Source: Acidobacteriota bacterium (lineage in GTDB: Bacteria; Acidobacteriota; UBA6911; RPQK01; JAJDTT01). Taken from it: 64,000 nucleotides of DNA. Shown here piece by piece: positions 38,748 through 48,638 of the stretch. Location: positions 5,152,001 to 5,216,000 of the forward strand of contig CBDCJH010000002.1 in the NCBI GenBank assembly GCA_965217775.1. The letters are read 5' to 3'. Every line of letters starts with the position of its first letter. The stretch's first letter is position 1. The notes beneath the pieces are model-generated. The model was not told where the DNA came from. It saw nothing but the letters and a program-made list of their open reading frames with translations, and did no database searches. Position numbers and translations under genes: made by a program.

Positions 38748-39794
38748 TCAAAACCAGGCGTTCTTGTCGACCACGTTCTTGACCGGCCTGCCGGCAGCGT
38801 ATCGCCTGACGTTGTCCACCACCACCTGGGCGAATCGATCGGGGATCCTGGGGGACCGGGCGGCGCAGTGCGGAGTCAGGATGACGTTCTCCATCTGCCA
38901 GAGAGGATGCTCCGGGGGAAGCGGTTCGATTTCGAACACGTCGAGGCCGGCGCCGGCGATCTCCCCCGCCTCCAGCGCCGCGACCAGATCGTTCAGGTCG
39001 ACGATGACTCCGCGTCCGATGTTGATCAGAAAGGCGGTCCGCTTCATCTGCCGGAATTGGGGCCGCCGGAACATCTTGACCGTTTCCGGCGTATGAGGCG
39101 CGGAAATCACGACGAAATCGCTCTCCACCAGCAGGTCTGCCAGCCGTTCCGGCTTCCAGAGCGACTCCACGCCCGGCGGACATTCCTCTCGCTTGGGGTC
39201 GACCGCCAGCACCCGCATCCCGAAGGCCAGGCCTCGGCGGGCCACCTCCGATCCGATGCTGCCCAGACCGACCACGCCCAGAGTGGTGTCCGAAAGGTGG
39301 ATGTGGGCCCGGTCGGCGGGAGCGACGTCTCTCAGGCTGCGCACGAAGTTGGGGACTTTCCAACTGGGGTCTCCCATCACCTCCCAGGTGGCTTTCGCCT
39401 GATTGCGGACGTAGTGGTGGAAATTCCGGGCGAAGCAGAGGATGAATCCGAAGACGTGCTCGGCAATGACGTCCGAGAAGATGCCCCGCATGTTGGTCAG
39501 GATCGAGGGATGCTCCACCAGGGCGGGGAAGAGATAGTGTTCCATGCTGGCACTGGGCGCTTGTATCCAGTGCAACCGGGTTTCCGCTGCCAGCAGCTTT
39601 GGCGTCATCTTGCCGAAGAAGGCGTCGGCGTTCACCAGGGCCGCGGCTGCGGCGTCCTCGTCGGGCGCGCTCACCACGGTGCCGCCGTCACCGGCAGCTT
39701 CCACGATCGCGGCAAGGCGATGAGCATCCACGGCGGGATAGATCGCCAGCTTGAAGATTCGCTTCGGGTTTTGGTTTTGGTGTTCCGTTGTCAT
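38748..39794 (-). CDS. D-2-hydroxyacid dehydrogenase
   Basis: VVGLGSIG, APHTPET, INIGRG, GAGLDVFEIEP, LTPH. Confidence 0.92.
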   Translation of the reverse strand: MTTEHQNQNPKRIFKLAIYPAVDAHRLAAIVEAAGDGGTVVSAPDEDAAAAALVNADAFFGKMTPKLLAAETRLHWIQAPSASMEHYLFPALVEHPSILTNMRGIFSDVIAEHVFGFILCFARNFHHYVRNQAKATWEVMGDPSWKVPNFVRSLRDVAPADRAHIHLSDTTLGVVGLGSIGSEVARRGLAFGMRVLAVDPKREECPPGVESLWKPERLADLLVESDFVVISAPHTPETVKMFRRPQFRQMKRTAFLINIGRGVIVDLNDLVAALEAGEIAGAGLDVFEIEPLPPEHPLWQMENVILTPHCAARSPRIPDRFAQVVVDNVRRYAAGRPVKNVVDKNAWF

Positions 39795-39795
39795 T

Positions 39796-40818
39796 TCATG
39801 CTCCCTGGGAATCGATGTGCGAACTCACTCTGGGCCTGATGACGGTGCACCCAATGGTGCGAAAGTCTTCCTGCAGGTCGCGGAAGGTCTCGTCGGACCC
39901 GCAGATTCCGACGACGGCTCCCCCCGATCCGGCGTATTTCGCGCAGACTCCATGGGACCGCGCCATCTCGACCATCTCGACGTTCTTGGGATCCAACCTG
40001 GACAGCCCGGATCGAATATCGAAGTTCCGGTCCACCAGGCGCGCCAACTCCACCGCGTCCCCTTGCAACAGGCATTCTCTCCCCTGCCGCGCAAGATCCG
40101 CGAACTGTTCCATGGCCCGATGAACCGCCCGCTCTCCCCGGTTCCAGCGGCCTCTCAAATCGGAGTGATAGATGCCGGAGATCCGGCTCAGATCGTTGCG
40201 GAATGCCAGGTAGAGCGGGGGCAGCAAGCCGGGGTCGAGGGACTCGTAGAGTCCATGCCCGAGGCGGCTCATGGTCTCCCGGTTGAAATCCATGTAGACG
40301 AGGCCTTCGTAAACCTGGCAGACGCGATCCTGGAGGCCCGCGTCGATGCCGATCTCCTCCGTTTCCACCGAGAGGACGAGTCCGGGCAGAATCTCCCGGG
40401 GGATGGACACCTGGTAGAACTCGGCCAGACCCCGCATGGCCGCGGTGATGATGGCGCTGGAACCTCCCAGGCCCACTTGGCGCGGAATGTCGGTCTCGTA
40501 CCTGAGCGAAAAGTTCTGCTCAGGGAGTCGAATCTGCTCTCGCCAGCAGTATTCGGCGAAGACCTTGATCGTGGCCTTGACCAGGCGGAGACCGCCGTAG
40601 AGCCCGTTGAGCCGGACGTCGTCCACCAGGTCCTCCAGTTGCCGGAACTCGCAGCGGTCCTGGCGGCTCAGGATGATCTCCAGTTCGGGCCATTCGTAGA
40701 CGACGACCTTGGCGGAGTAGTTTCTCAGGATGCAGGAGATGGTCTTGCCGAAGAAGCCGTCGGAAGGGTTGCCCAGGAGGCCGATGCGAGCGTTGGCCGC
40801 GGCCCTAGTGATCTTCAA
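39796..40818 (-). CDS. GHMP kinase, glucuronokinase-like
   Basis: ARIGLLGNPSDGFFG, IPRQVGLGGSSA, AGLQDRVCQVY, KYAGSGGA. Confidence 0.85.
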   Translation of the reverse strand: MKITRAAANARIGLLGNPSDGFFGKTISCILRNYSAKVVVYEWPELEIILSRQDRCEFRQLEDLVDDVRLNGLYGGLRLVKATIKVFAEYCWREQIRLPEQNFSLRYETDIPRQVGLGGSSAIITAAMRGLAEFYQVSIPREILPGLVLSVETEEIGIDAGLQDRVCQVYEGLVYMDFNRETMSRLGHGLYESLDPGLLPPLYLAFRNDLSRISGIYHSDLRGRWNRGERAVHRAMEQFADLARQGRECLLQGDAVELARLVDRNFDIRSGLSRLDPKNVEMVEMARSHGVCAKYAGSGGAVVGICGSDETFRDLQEDFRTIGCTVIRPRVSSHIDSQGA

Positions 40819-41704
40819 CCAAACGCTCCAGCAGACGCTTGCGGAGCCCGGAGCCCAGATCCGGGTCGCGCAGGGCGAACTCGACGAAGGTCTCGAAATA
40901 GCTCTCGAAGTTGCCGATGTCGTAGCGCCTCTCGTTCTCCGGAAGACGGACCCCGACGACCGTCTCTCCTGCTTCCAGCAGCAGTTGGATGGCGTCGGTC
41001 AACTGGATCTCGCCGCCGACTCCAGGTTGGATGCGGTCCAGCTTCCGATAGATGGAAGGCGAGAAGACATACCGGCCGACCAAGGCCAGACGGCTGGAAG
41101 TGGACCCGACAGGCGGTTTCTCGATCAGACCCAGAATGGGAAATTCGGGACCGTCACCTCCCGGTTCCACGATCCCATACCGGAAGATGTCCTGAGGAGA
41201 AACCGTCTCGACGGCGACCACGCAGGCCGCCCCCGACTCGCGATGGATCCGGGTCATGGCGCTCACGACGTGCGACGGCGAATCGAGACCGATGATGCTG
41301 TCTCCCAGCGCAACCACGAAGGGTCGGTTCTGGGTGAATTGGCGGGCACACCGCACCGCATCCCCCAATCCCCGCTGAAGCCGCTGGCGAGTGTAGAAGA
41401 ACTGGACCTCGGTCTGCTCGTAGTCGAGCTCCAGCAGCAGGTCTTCCTTTCCCGACTCCCTCAGATTCCGGATCAACTGCTGATCCGGATCGAAGTGGTT
41501 CTCGATCGAGGTCTTGGTCCTTCCGGTGACGAAGAGGATCTCCTTGATGCCGTTCCTGCCCAGTTCTTCGACCACGTATTGGACCACCGGCTTCTTGGCC
41601 ACCGGCAGCATTTCCTTGGGCTGAGACTTGGTGGCCGGCAGGAGGCGGGTCCCCAATCCGGCCACGGGAACGACGGCGACGCTGATCTTCGGCCCTGATT
41701 TCAT
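40805..41704 (-). CDS. galU: UTP-glucose-1-phosphate uridylyltransferase family
   Basis: VPVAGLGTRLLPATKSQPKEMLP, GLGDAV, LIEKP, GEIQLTDAI, RYDIG. Confidence 0.92.
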   Translation of the reverse strand: MKSGPKISVAVVPVAGLGTRLLPATKSQPKEMLPVAKKPVVQYVVEELGRNGIKEILFVTGRTKTSIENHFDPDQQLIRNLRESGKEDLLLELDYEQTEVQFFYTRQRLQRGLGDAVRCARQFTQNRPFVVALGDSIIGLDSPSHVVSAMTRIHRESGAACVVAVETVSPQDIFRYGIVEPGGDGPEFPILGLIEKPPVGSTSSRLALVGRYVFSPSIYRKLDRIQPGVGGEIQLTDAIQLLLEAGETVVGVRLPENERRYDIGNFESYFETFVEFALRDPDLGSGLRKRLLERLVEDH

Positions 41705-41727
41705 GGTGTCTCGTCTCACCGACGGGG

Positions 41728-42213
41728 TCACCCCTGCGGACGGTAGAGCGTCACCAGGCAACCTCCCAGGGCGGCCAGCAAGATGCCCAGGACAAACGGC
41801 CACTGGATACTGGAGATTCCGCCCGGCGGCGGATGTCTAACCATGGAAGCGAACGCGTTGACGATGGGCGCTCCGGCGAAGACGATGGCCATGACCACAC
41901 TGGGAGAGCCCTTGGCTCCGAAGGCCAGGAGGACTCCGAAGGCTCCGACAGCTCCCAGGATTCCAGCCACGAGTGACAAGCCCATTCCCGGCGCCGGATA
42001 GCTCCAGTCCGCCCCCTGGCTCTTCAGAACCAGCAGCGGAGCCAGGACGGCGATCAGAAAATAGGCCAGACCGACGAAGAGGAAGGCCTTGTAACGCCCG
42101 TTCACCGGGTCCCCCATGGCCACCTGCCCGGCATGGAGAAGGGTGCCGTACATGCCCCAGCAAAACACCGTCATCATCGCGAAGCCGAGCCAAGCCAGTC
42201 CGGTACTTGTCAT
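41728..42213 (-). CDS. Small multi-pass membrane protein (EamA/DMT-like)
   Basis: Five hydrophobic segments; AAGGAGG RBS before ATG 42213. Confidence 0.75.
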   Translation of the reverse strand: MTSTGLAWLGFAMMTVFCWGMYGTLLHAGQVAMGDPVNGRYKAFLFVGLAYFLIAVLAPLLVLKSQGADWSYPAPGMGLSLVAGILGAVGAFGVLLAFGAKGSPSVVMAIVFAGAPIVNAFASMVRHPPPGGISSIQWPFVLGILLAALGGCLVTLYRPQG

Positions 42214-42258
42214 GAAATTCCTCCTTGATTGGATAGGGAGTATAGCCCGAATTTTTCC

Positions 42259-42369
42259 CAGGAGGGGGGACATTCTTGTCCCCCTCTTCATCCTTGTGCC
42301 CTTCTTTAATTATTGTCCCCACTCTTCATCGCGGACCCGGAATCGGGGGTTGCAAACCCCCGCTCCTAC
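42259..42369. repeat. Composite REP doublet (BIME/REPIN-like)
   Basis: GGAGGGGGGACATTCTTGTCCCCCTCTTCATC ... CGGGGGTTGCAAACCCCCGCTCCTAC; similar to the intron flanks and to 63379-63416. Confidence 0.7.
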
Positions 42370-43526
42370 CCGAGCCTGAAGTCCAAGAGGATCGGGTCGT
42401 GATCCGACAGCTTGCCGAAATCCTTCTCGAGTCCGCCGATCACCCGTGGAGGGGAATGGGGATCGGGAAGGATCCCCTTGCCGCCGAACCAGTCCAGCTT
42501 CATGGAACATCGGCCTTGATGGTCCTTCAGGGCCCAGTCGATGAACCAGAAGCACCAATTGGGGATCCACTCGGTCATGTTCCGGTTCGTGGCCAGATTC
42601 GCGGCGTCGTAGTGGAGGGTGCAGACACCCATCCGGTTCAGGTCCCGATAGCGGTAGCCTCGCTTCTCCAGTTCCCGGAAGAGGCGCCGTTCAAACCAGC
42701 GTTCCGGATAGGGATAGTGATGGTCCAGGACGTTGTCGATCCCCATGAGGACCCGCCGGGCGTAGCCGAGTATCGAATATACGGCGCGCCGGGCATGGTG
42801 GGTGGACGTGTTCCAGTCTCCTCCGATGAGCACCGGCAGCGAAGGGTGCCAGCCATGGAGATGGTCCAGCAACAGGCACATCTGCAGATGCCGATGCGCC
42901 TGGCTGGAATGGGCGTCCAAGTGGAGGCTGACGGCACGGAATCGTCCCAGCGGATGCTCGACCAGACCCAGGATCGCCCGCTGGCACCCCAGGCGTTTCT
43001 CCTTCCCCCTCATCTTGTCCTTGCCGTTGGGAAGGGGTAGCGCATGGGGCTCCGAAACCGGATGCCTCGAGAGCAGCGCGTTCCCGTGCAGAGCCTGGGA
43101 ATTCTCACCCGGCGCCTCGTTTTCCAGACCGGCCCCCTTGTCCAGATTGAGATAGCTGGGGACGAAGACGTAGGTCATCCCGAGTTTCCGGGCCAGCTCG
43201 CGGGTCACGTGGAGATTTCCGGTTCGGGCCATTCCGTAGTCCAGTTCCGTCACCAAGAGAATGTCGGCTTCCCGCAAGTGCGGATGTTCCCGGAGAGCGC
43301 GGGTCAGGCCGGGTAACTCCAGGCCGCGTTCGATATTCCAGGCGACCGCGCGGACCGAGCTCCTGTCCGGTCCCGAATGCGGTGCCGGGTCTTCACCGGT
43401 CTCGACGGTATTCAGGACCCGGTCTATTTCCGGCCGGAGCCGGCGATAGAGGGGAGAGGACTCCAGACTGCCGGTCGAAGGGATCTGCCTCAGTTGGGGG
43501 AAGTAGCGGTTGATGGAGTGGTCCAT
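42366..43526 (-). CDS. Endonuclease/exonuclease/phosphatase family protein
   Basis: AWNIERG, TELD, GNALLSR, LHLD, GGDWNT, KLDWF, SDHDP. Confidence 0.9.
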   Translation of the reverse strand: MDHSINRYFPQLRQIPSTGSLESSPLYRRLRPEIDRVLNTVETGEDPAPHSGPDRSSVRAVAWNIERGLELPGLTRALREHPHLREADILLVTELDYGMARTGNLHVTRELARKLGMTYVFVPSYLNLDKGAGLENEAPGENSQALHGNALLSRHPVSEPHALPLPNGKDKMRGKEKRLGCQRAILGLVEHPLGRFRAVSLHLDAHSSQAHRHLQMCLLLDHLHGWHPSLPVLIGGDWNTSTHHARRAVYSILGYARRVLMGIDNVLDHHYPYPERWFERRLFRELEKRGYRYRDLNRMGVCTLHYDAANLATNRNMTEWIPNWCFWFIDWALKDHQGRCSMKLDWFGGKGILPDPHSPPRVIGGLEKDFGKLSDHDPILLDFRLG

Positions 43527-43584
43527 CAGCCCGTATCCCGGGGAGGGGGTTCGAATCCGCGATTGTCATCCCGGACCGGTTTTC

Positions 43585-44031
43585 TCACCAGAGTGCTCCG
43601 GAAACGGAATCCCCTTCCAGAAGCAGAAGCACGAAGATGACGAAATTGATGGCGTGCGAAGTGAAGCAGAGGACGCAGGGAACCCGGGTCAGGAACAGCA
43701 GGGAGTAGGTGAGAAACAGCCCCAGGAGAACCGTGACTAGACTTGCCAGCAGTGACAAGTGGAAGATGGGAAAGGTGAAGAGGAAGCCCTCCAAGGTCCC
43801 GGCGGCGATGAACGGGTAGAAGAGTTGCGCCAGAACCGAGTTGGGGACTCCGAAGACACGGGCCCGGGGTGTGAAGACGATGGTGGCGCAGGTCTTTTCT
43901 CCCATCCTGCAGAAGCTGGGAATCCAGGCGGCGTCCGGACGTATCCAGCGGTAGGCCACGGCCGTGAAATAGGATGAGATGATGAAGCCTGCCAGTGACA
44001 GGACGACCAGCAGCAAAGAAGGCCAACTCAT
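43585..44031 (-). CDS. Vitamin K epoxide reductase (VKOR) family protein
   Basis: Loop cysteines C...C, RVFGVPNS, CVLC redox motif and TM helices. Confidence 0.85.
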   Translation of the reverse strand: MSWPSLLLVVLSLAGFIISSYFTAVAYRWIRPDAAWIPSFCRMGEKTCATIVFTPRARVFGVPNSVLAQLFYPFIAAGTLEGFLFTFPIFHLSLLASLVTVLLGLFLTYSLLFLTRVPCVLCFTSHAINFVIFVLLLLEGDSVSGALW

Positions 44032-44145
44032 GCCTGCCGCCCGCCTCTCGCGTTTCTCCGCCGCCCCATGGTGGGACGCATTGTATCCCCCCATTGGCCC
44101 CGGGTGCAGCGTGCAGGCCCTCGAATTCGGCGGGGAGCACGGATC

Positions 44146-45645
44146 TTGAACAAGGTCCGGGCGGGTCGGCTCCAAGTCCTGACACTGGATGCCGGGACTT
44201 CTTCCTTACGGGCTCAGGTGTGGGGAGTGGACGGGCGTCCCCTGCCTGAAATCGGCGCCCGGGCCCACTATCGCCTTTGGACCGACCCGGAGGGCGGGGC
44301 TTGGCTGGAGCCGGAGGAGGTCCTTTCGGCCGTGACCGAAGCGCTCGACGAGACGGTGGCTCGAGCCGAGTCCCGGGACGCCCGGATCGCCGCCGTCGCC
44401 CTGGACACGCTCTCTCCCACACTCCTCGGAGTGGACGAGCAGGGCCGCCCGCTGACGCCGATCTACACCTATGCCGACACCCGCAGCCGGCAGGCCGCCG
44501 CCGACCTCAGGCAAAGGCTGGATCCAGCGGAGGTCCACGAGCGCACGGGCTGTCCCATCCACAGCAGCTATCTGCCCTCCCGCCTCCTCTGGCTGGAACG
44601 GAGCCGGCCCCGGCTCTTTTCCCGAGTCGCCCTCTGGATGACCCTGGGCGAATTTCTCTATTCGCGATTCTTTCGGACCTGCGGTGTGAGCTATTCCGCG
44701 GCCTCCTGGAGCGGCCTCCTGAACCGCCACCTCTTGGACTGGGACGAGTCCTGGATTTCGTTCCTCCCGATCCGGCGGACTCAGCTCTCGCCGCTTCGCG
44801 ATTGCACGGAACCGTTCATGGGCCTGCGTGATCCCTGGGCCCGGCGCTGGCCGGTCCTGGCCCGAGTCCCCTGGTTCCCGGCGGTGGGAGACGGGGCCGC
44901 CGCCAACGTGGGCAGCGGCTGCATACGATCGGACCGGGTGGCCCTCACCATCGGCTCCACCGGAGCGATCCGGGCGGTCCTGGATCGCCCGGCCTCCCCA
45001 CTTCCGGCCGGTCTCTGGAGCTACCTGATCGATGCCGGCCGCCCCCTCCTGGGCGGAGCCACCACCGAGGGGGGTAGCGTCTTCTCGTGGTTGACCAGCC
45101 GGCTCCAGGTCGATTTCGAACCGGACCGCCTCGAAGCCGAGTTGCAAGCCATGGAGCCGGCGGCCCACGGCCTGGTCTTCCTGCCGTTCCTGGCGGGAGA
45201 AAGGAGCCCCGGATGGCGTGACGAAGCCCGCGGAAGCCTGGTGGGATTGACGCTGTCGACACGGCCGGTGGAAATCGTCCGGGCGGCTCTGGAATCGATC
45301 GCCTACCGGCTCTGTCTGATCTACCGCCTCATGGAGCCCCACTTGTCCCGGCAACACGAGATCATCGGCGGGGGCGCGGGGTTGCTCTCCTCCCCCGCCT
45401 GGCTCCGGATCCTGGCCGACGTCCTCGGCCGCCGCGTCATCGCCTGCGCCGAGCCCGAAGTGACGGGCCGGGGAACCACCCTGCTGGCGCTCGAGTCCCT
45501 GGGTCTGGTTCCGGACCTGGAGGAGGTCCCGCCAATGATGGGAAGAAGTTACGATCCCGACCCCGAGCGCAGCCGCCGTCACCGCGAGGCGATGGAACGG
45601 CATCTGGAGCTTTACCAGCGTCTGGTCGGCTTCGCGCTAGAATAG
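44146..45645 (+). CDS. gntK: Gluconokinase (FGGY family)
   Basis: LDAGTSS, YADTRS, ERTGCPIH, GDGAAAN, PFLAGERSPGW; upstream of gnd. Confidence 0.88.
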   Translation: MNKVRAGRLQVLTLDAGTSSLRAQVWGVDGRPLPEIGARAHYRLWTDPEGGAWLEPEEVLSAVTEALDETVARAESRDARIAAVALDTLSPTLLGVDEQGRPLTPIYTYADTRSRQAAADLRQRLDPAEVHERTGCPIHSSYLPSRLLWLERSRPRLFSRVALWMTLGEFLYSRFFRTCGVSYSAASWSGLLNRHLLDWDESWISFLPIRRTQLSPLRDCTEPFMGLRDPWARRWPVLARVPWFPAVGDGAAANVGSGCIRSDRVALTIGSTGAIRAVLDRPASPLPAGLWSYLIDAGRPLLGGATTEGGSVFSWLTSRLQVDFEPDRLEAELQAMEPAAHGLVFLPFLAGERSPGWRDEARGSLVGLTLSTRPVEIVRAALESIAYRLCLIYRLMEPHLSRQHEIIGGGAGLLSSPAWLRILADVLGRRVIACAEPEVTGRGTTLLALESLGLVPDLEEVPPMMGRSYDPDPERSRRHREAMERHLELYQRLVGFALE

Positions 45646-45678
45646 GGAACTCGTCGAACAGGACAGGAGAAAACGAAG

Positions 45679-47103
45679 ATGGAAACCAAGGCGGATATCG
45701 GACTCGTCGGGTTGGCAGTCATGGGCCAAAACTTGGTCCTGAACATGAATGATCATGGCTATACGGTGGCGGTCTTCAACCGGACGGTCTCCAAAGTGGA
45801 CGACTTCCTCTCGGGGGAGGCTCGGGGAACGAAGGTTCTGGGGGCTCATTCCCTGGACGAACTTGTCCGGATGCTCAAACGGCCGCGGCGGGTCATGCTC
45901 ATGGTCAAGGCCGGCTGGCCCGTCGACGAATTCATCCGGCAGCTCCTGGACCATCTGGAGCCGGGAGACATCATCATCGACGGCGGGAACTCCAACTACG
46001 AAGACACCCGCCGGCGGGTCTCCCTGGTGGAGTCCAAGGGTCTTCTGTATATCGGAACCGGCGTCTCCGGCGGCGAGGAGGGAGCCCGGCTGGGGCCCTC
46101 CATCATGCCCGGCGGATCCGCCGAGGCCTGGCCTCAGGTCCGGCCCCTCTTCCAGGCTGTGGCGGCCAAGGTGGACGGAGGCGAACCCTGCTGCGAATGG
46201 GTAGGCGACGACGGCGCCGGGCACTTCGTCAAGATGGTCCACAACGGCATCGAATACGGAGACATGCAGCTCATCTGCGAGGCTTACCATCTGATGAAGG
46301 CGGGATTGGCAATGCCCGCGGACGAGATCAGCCGCGTCTTCGCCCGCTGGAACCGGGGGAGGCTGGATTCCTACCTGATCCGGATCACCCGGGACATATT
46401 GGCGGTTAAGGATGACGACGGCGGTCCGCTGGTGGAAAAAGTCCTGGATACCGCGGGTCAGAAGGGAACCGGACGGTGGACCGTGATCTCGGCGTTGAAT
46501 ATGGGGGTGCCTCTCACTCTCATCGGCGAAGCGGTCCTGGCGCGGGCCCTGTCGGCCATCAAGGAGGATCGGGTCGAAGCTTCCCAGGTGCTGACCGGCC
46601 CCGCTGGCTCCGGCGCCGCGCCTGCAAGGGACCTGGTCGATGACCTGGAGCAAGCCCTCTACGCGTCCAAGATCGTCTCCTACACGCAGGGGTATCAATT
46701 GATGCGGGCGGCGGCAGCCGAATACGGTTGGAACCTGGATTTCGGGGGCATCGCCCTGATGTGGAGAGGGGGTTGCATTATCCGTTCCGTCTTCCTGGGG
46801 AAGATCAAGGAGGCCTTCGACCGGGAGCCGGCTCTGAAGAACCTACTGCTGGATCCCTATTTCAAGGAGCAGGTGGAGGGTGCCCAGGAGTCGTGGCGCC
46901 GCGTCGTCTCCCGGGCGGTCCGCTGGGGAATCCCGGTCCCGGCGACCTCCAGCGCCTTGGCCTTCTATGACGGCTACCGGCAAGCCTGGCTCCCCGCCAA
47001 CCTCCTGCAGTCCCAGCGGGATTACTTCGGCGCTCACACCTACGAGCGCGTGGACCGGCCCCGAGGCGAGTTCTTCCATACTCGTTGGACGGAATCGGGA
47101 TAG
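45679..47103 (+). CDS. gnd: 6-phosphogluconate dehydrogenase (NADP, decarboxylating)
   Basis: GLAVMGQN, GVSGGEEGA, KMVHNGIEYGDMQ, AGQKGTG, QRDYFGAH. Confidence 0.97.
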   Translation: METKADIGLVGLAVMGQNLVLNMNDHGYTVAVFNRTVSKVDDFLSGEARGTKVLGAHSLDELVRMLKRPRRVMLMVKAGWPVDEFIRQLLDHLEPGDIIIDGGNSNYEDTRRRVSLVESKGLLYIGTGVSGGEEGARLGPSIMPGGSAEAWPQVRPLFQAVAAKVDGGEPCCEWVGDDGAGHFVKMVHNGIEYGDMQLICEAYHLMKAGLAMPADEISRVFARWNRGRLDSYLIRITRDILAVKDDDGGPLVEKVLDTAGQKGTGRWTVISALNMGVPLTLIGEAVLARALSAIKEDRVEASQVLTGPAGSGAAPARDLVDDLEQALYASKIVSYTQGYQLMRAAAAEYGWNLDFGGIALMWRGGCIIRSVFLGKIKEAFDREPALKNLLLDPYFKEQVEGAQESWRRVVSRAVRWGIPVPATSSALAFYDGYRQAWLPANLLQSQRDYFGAHTYERVDRPRGEFFHTRWTESG

Positions 47104-47142
47104 GTTATCGGGACGGTGGTCGCTGGGGACACGGCCGCGGCC

Positions 47143-48021
47143 TCACACTAGCCCCTGGAAGGCTCGAAACAGGGTCCGATAGTATCGCATCACCCGGATC
47201 GGATCGGTGCTCTCGGGGATCTCGGCCAGGCAGTAGCCCGGATATTCCATCTCTCTGAGCAGACGGAACAGGAGCCGCCACGGGTACTCTTCGACGAAGA
47301 GGTCCCGCATGTGGACCAGCGAGATCCGGTCCTTGATCCGGTTGAAGTTGGTCTCCACTCCCCCGTCCAAAAGATCCGTCTTGTTGGAGTTCCAGCAGAT
47401 CCGGACGTTGTCGTGATCCGCGTAGTCCAGCATCTTCCGGATGCGGGGGATGCGGCCGGTCTCGCGTCCGTGAACCTCCATCCGGATCTGCACGCCCCAG
47501 CCGTTGCCGTAGGCTCCGCATTCCCTCAGGGCCAGTCCGATCTGTTCCAGGGTCTTCTCCTCCGGGACCCCCTCGGGAAGACCGTTGGGGCGCACCTTGA
47601 CGCCGGGTGCGCCGACGTCGTGGGCCAGCCGGACGAAGGCCTTGGTCTCTTCGATGTTGCGGCGCAGGACTTCCGGATCGGGCGAGTGATACTCGCAAGC
47701 GCTGCCCAGGCCCACCAGGCGGACCGGTGAATCCTGAAATCGTATCATGACTTCCCGGCGCTTCTCGGGAGAAATGTCGATCTCGACGCCGTGGGCGTGG
47801 GTGCTCCGCAGCTCGACCCCCTCGAAACCGGTTTCGGCGCAGTTGCGGATGAGCGTCTCCAGATCCCAGCTCCGGCCCAGGTTGTAGGTCACCGTCCCCA
47901 GACGCAGGGGAGGCTTCCGGGCGAGCTGCCGGGTCGCAACGGGCAAGGCGGAAGTTTCTCCGGTCCGGAGTCCGGCCGGCACCGATGCCGCCGCTGCACC
48001 CAGAAATCGTCTTCTCTTCAT
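47143..48021 (-). CDS. Tat-exported sugar phosphate isomerase/epimerase (TIM barrel)
   Basis: MKRRRFLG twin-arginine signal; GFEGVELR, RMEVHG, VHMRD, LAE. Confidence 0.85.
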   Translation of the reverse strand: MKRRRFLGAAAASVPAGLRTGETSALPVATRQLARKPPLRLGTVTYNLGRSWDLETLIRNCAETGFEGVELRSTHAHGVEIDISPEKRREVMIRFQDSPVRLVGLGSACEYHSPDPEVLRRNIEETKAFVRLAHDVGAPGVKVRPNGLPEGVPEEKTLEQIGLALRECGAYGNGWGVQIRMEVHGRETGRIPRIRKMLDYADHDNVRICWNSNKTDLLDGGVETNFNRIKDRISLVHMRDLFVEEYPWRLLFRLLREMEYPGYCLAEIPESTDPIRVMRYYRTLFRAFQGLV

Positions 48022-48059
48022 GGTTCTCTCCATGATTGCGCTACCGTGCGGACTCGGTG

Positions 48060-48599
48060 TTACTGGTGCCCCGCCGCCAGCAATTCCTGATAGCTTCTGA
48101 TGACGCCACCGCGGCTCTCTTGGAATTCCAGAGCGCTCCGGCGGTCCTTGAAGGCGACCAGGCCGGGCAGGCACCGGTCCCAGGCCAGAGTGTACTGGTG
48201 GCCGGATCCATCTTCCCGGGGCCGTTCCAGCGAGCAGCATTGGCGAATCGAGCTGTCTTCGACGTAGACGGCCTGCTCGGCGGGGAGGAGCTCTCCGGTG
48301 GCGACGTCTCCAATCCACGCCTCTTTCACCCGGTGGCCGTTCAGCTCCTGGTAATGGAGCCCGCAACGGGGACAGCAGACGTCGATGTCCTCTCCTCCGG
48401 AAAGTACGATTCGGTAGGTCGAGTCTCCATGCAGAGGTCTCTGGCAGACGGCGCAGGTTCCCGTCTCCAGCGTGTACAGGAAATAGCCGCTGCCGGCCAG
48501 CAGCAATATCAAGAGTATGAGCGCAGTTCCTCGAAGCACCTGGGAGCCTCTTCCGGCACGCTTGGCCGGAGCGTCGGGCGGCGGCCCATTTTCCTTCAT
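48060..48599 (-). CDS. NosL-like copper-binding protein
   Basis: TM anchor; CAVC, CCPRC, AVYVEDS, LVAFKDR...FQESRGG; end of the cus operon. Confidence 0.7.
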   Translation of the reverse strand: MKENGPPPDAPAKRAGRGSQVLRGTALILLILLLAGSGYFLYTLETGTCAVCQRPLHGDSTYRIVLSGGEDIDVCCPRCGLHYQELNGHRVKEAWIGDVATGELLPAEQAVYVEDSSIRQCCSLERPREDGSGHQYTLAWDRCLPGLVAFKDRRSALEFQESRGGVIRSYQELLAAGHQ

Positions 48600-48638
48600 G
48601 GCACAGTCACCCTGGGGGCCGGTCTACGCTTGCCGAGA

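Noticed and set aside
37857-41295. Long overlapping ORFs (e.g. 37857..39839, 39751..41295, also 14257..15741 and 49832..51352)
   Set aside because: Antisense or alternate-frame shadows of well-supported genes, as expected at high GC.
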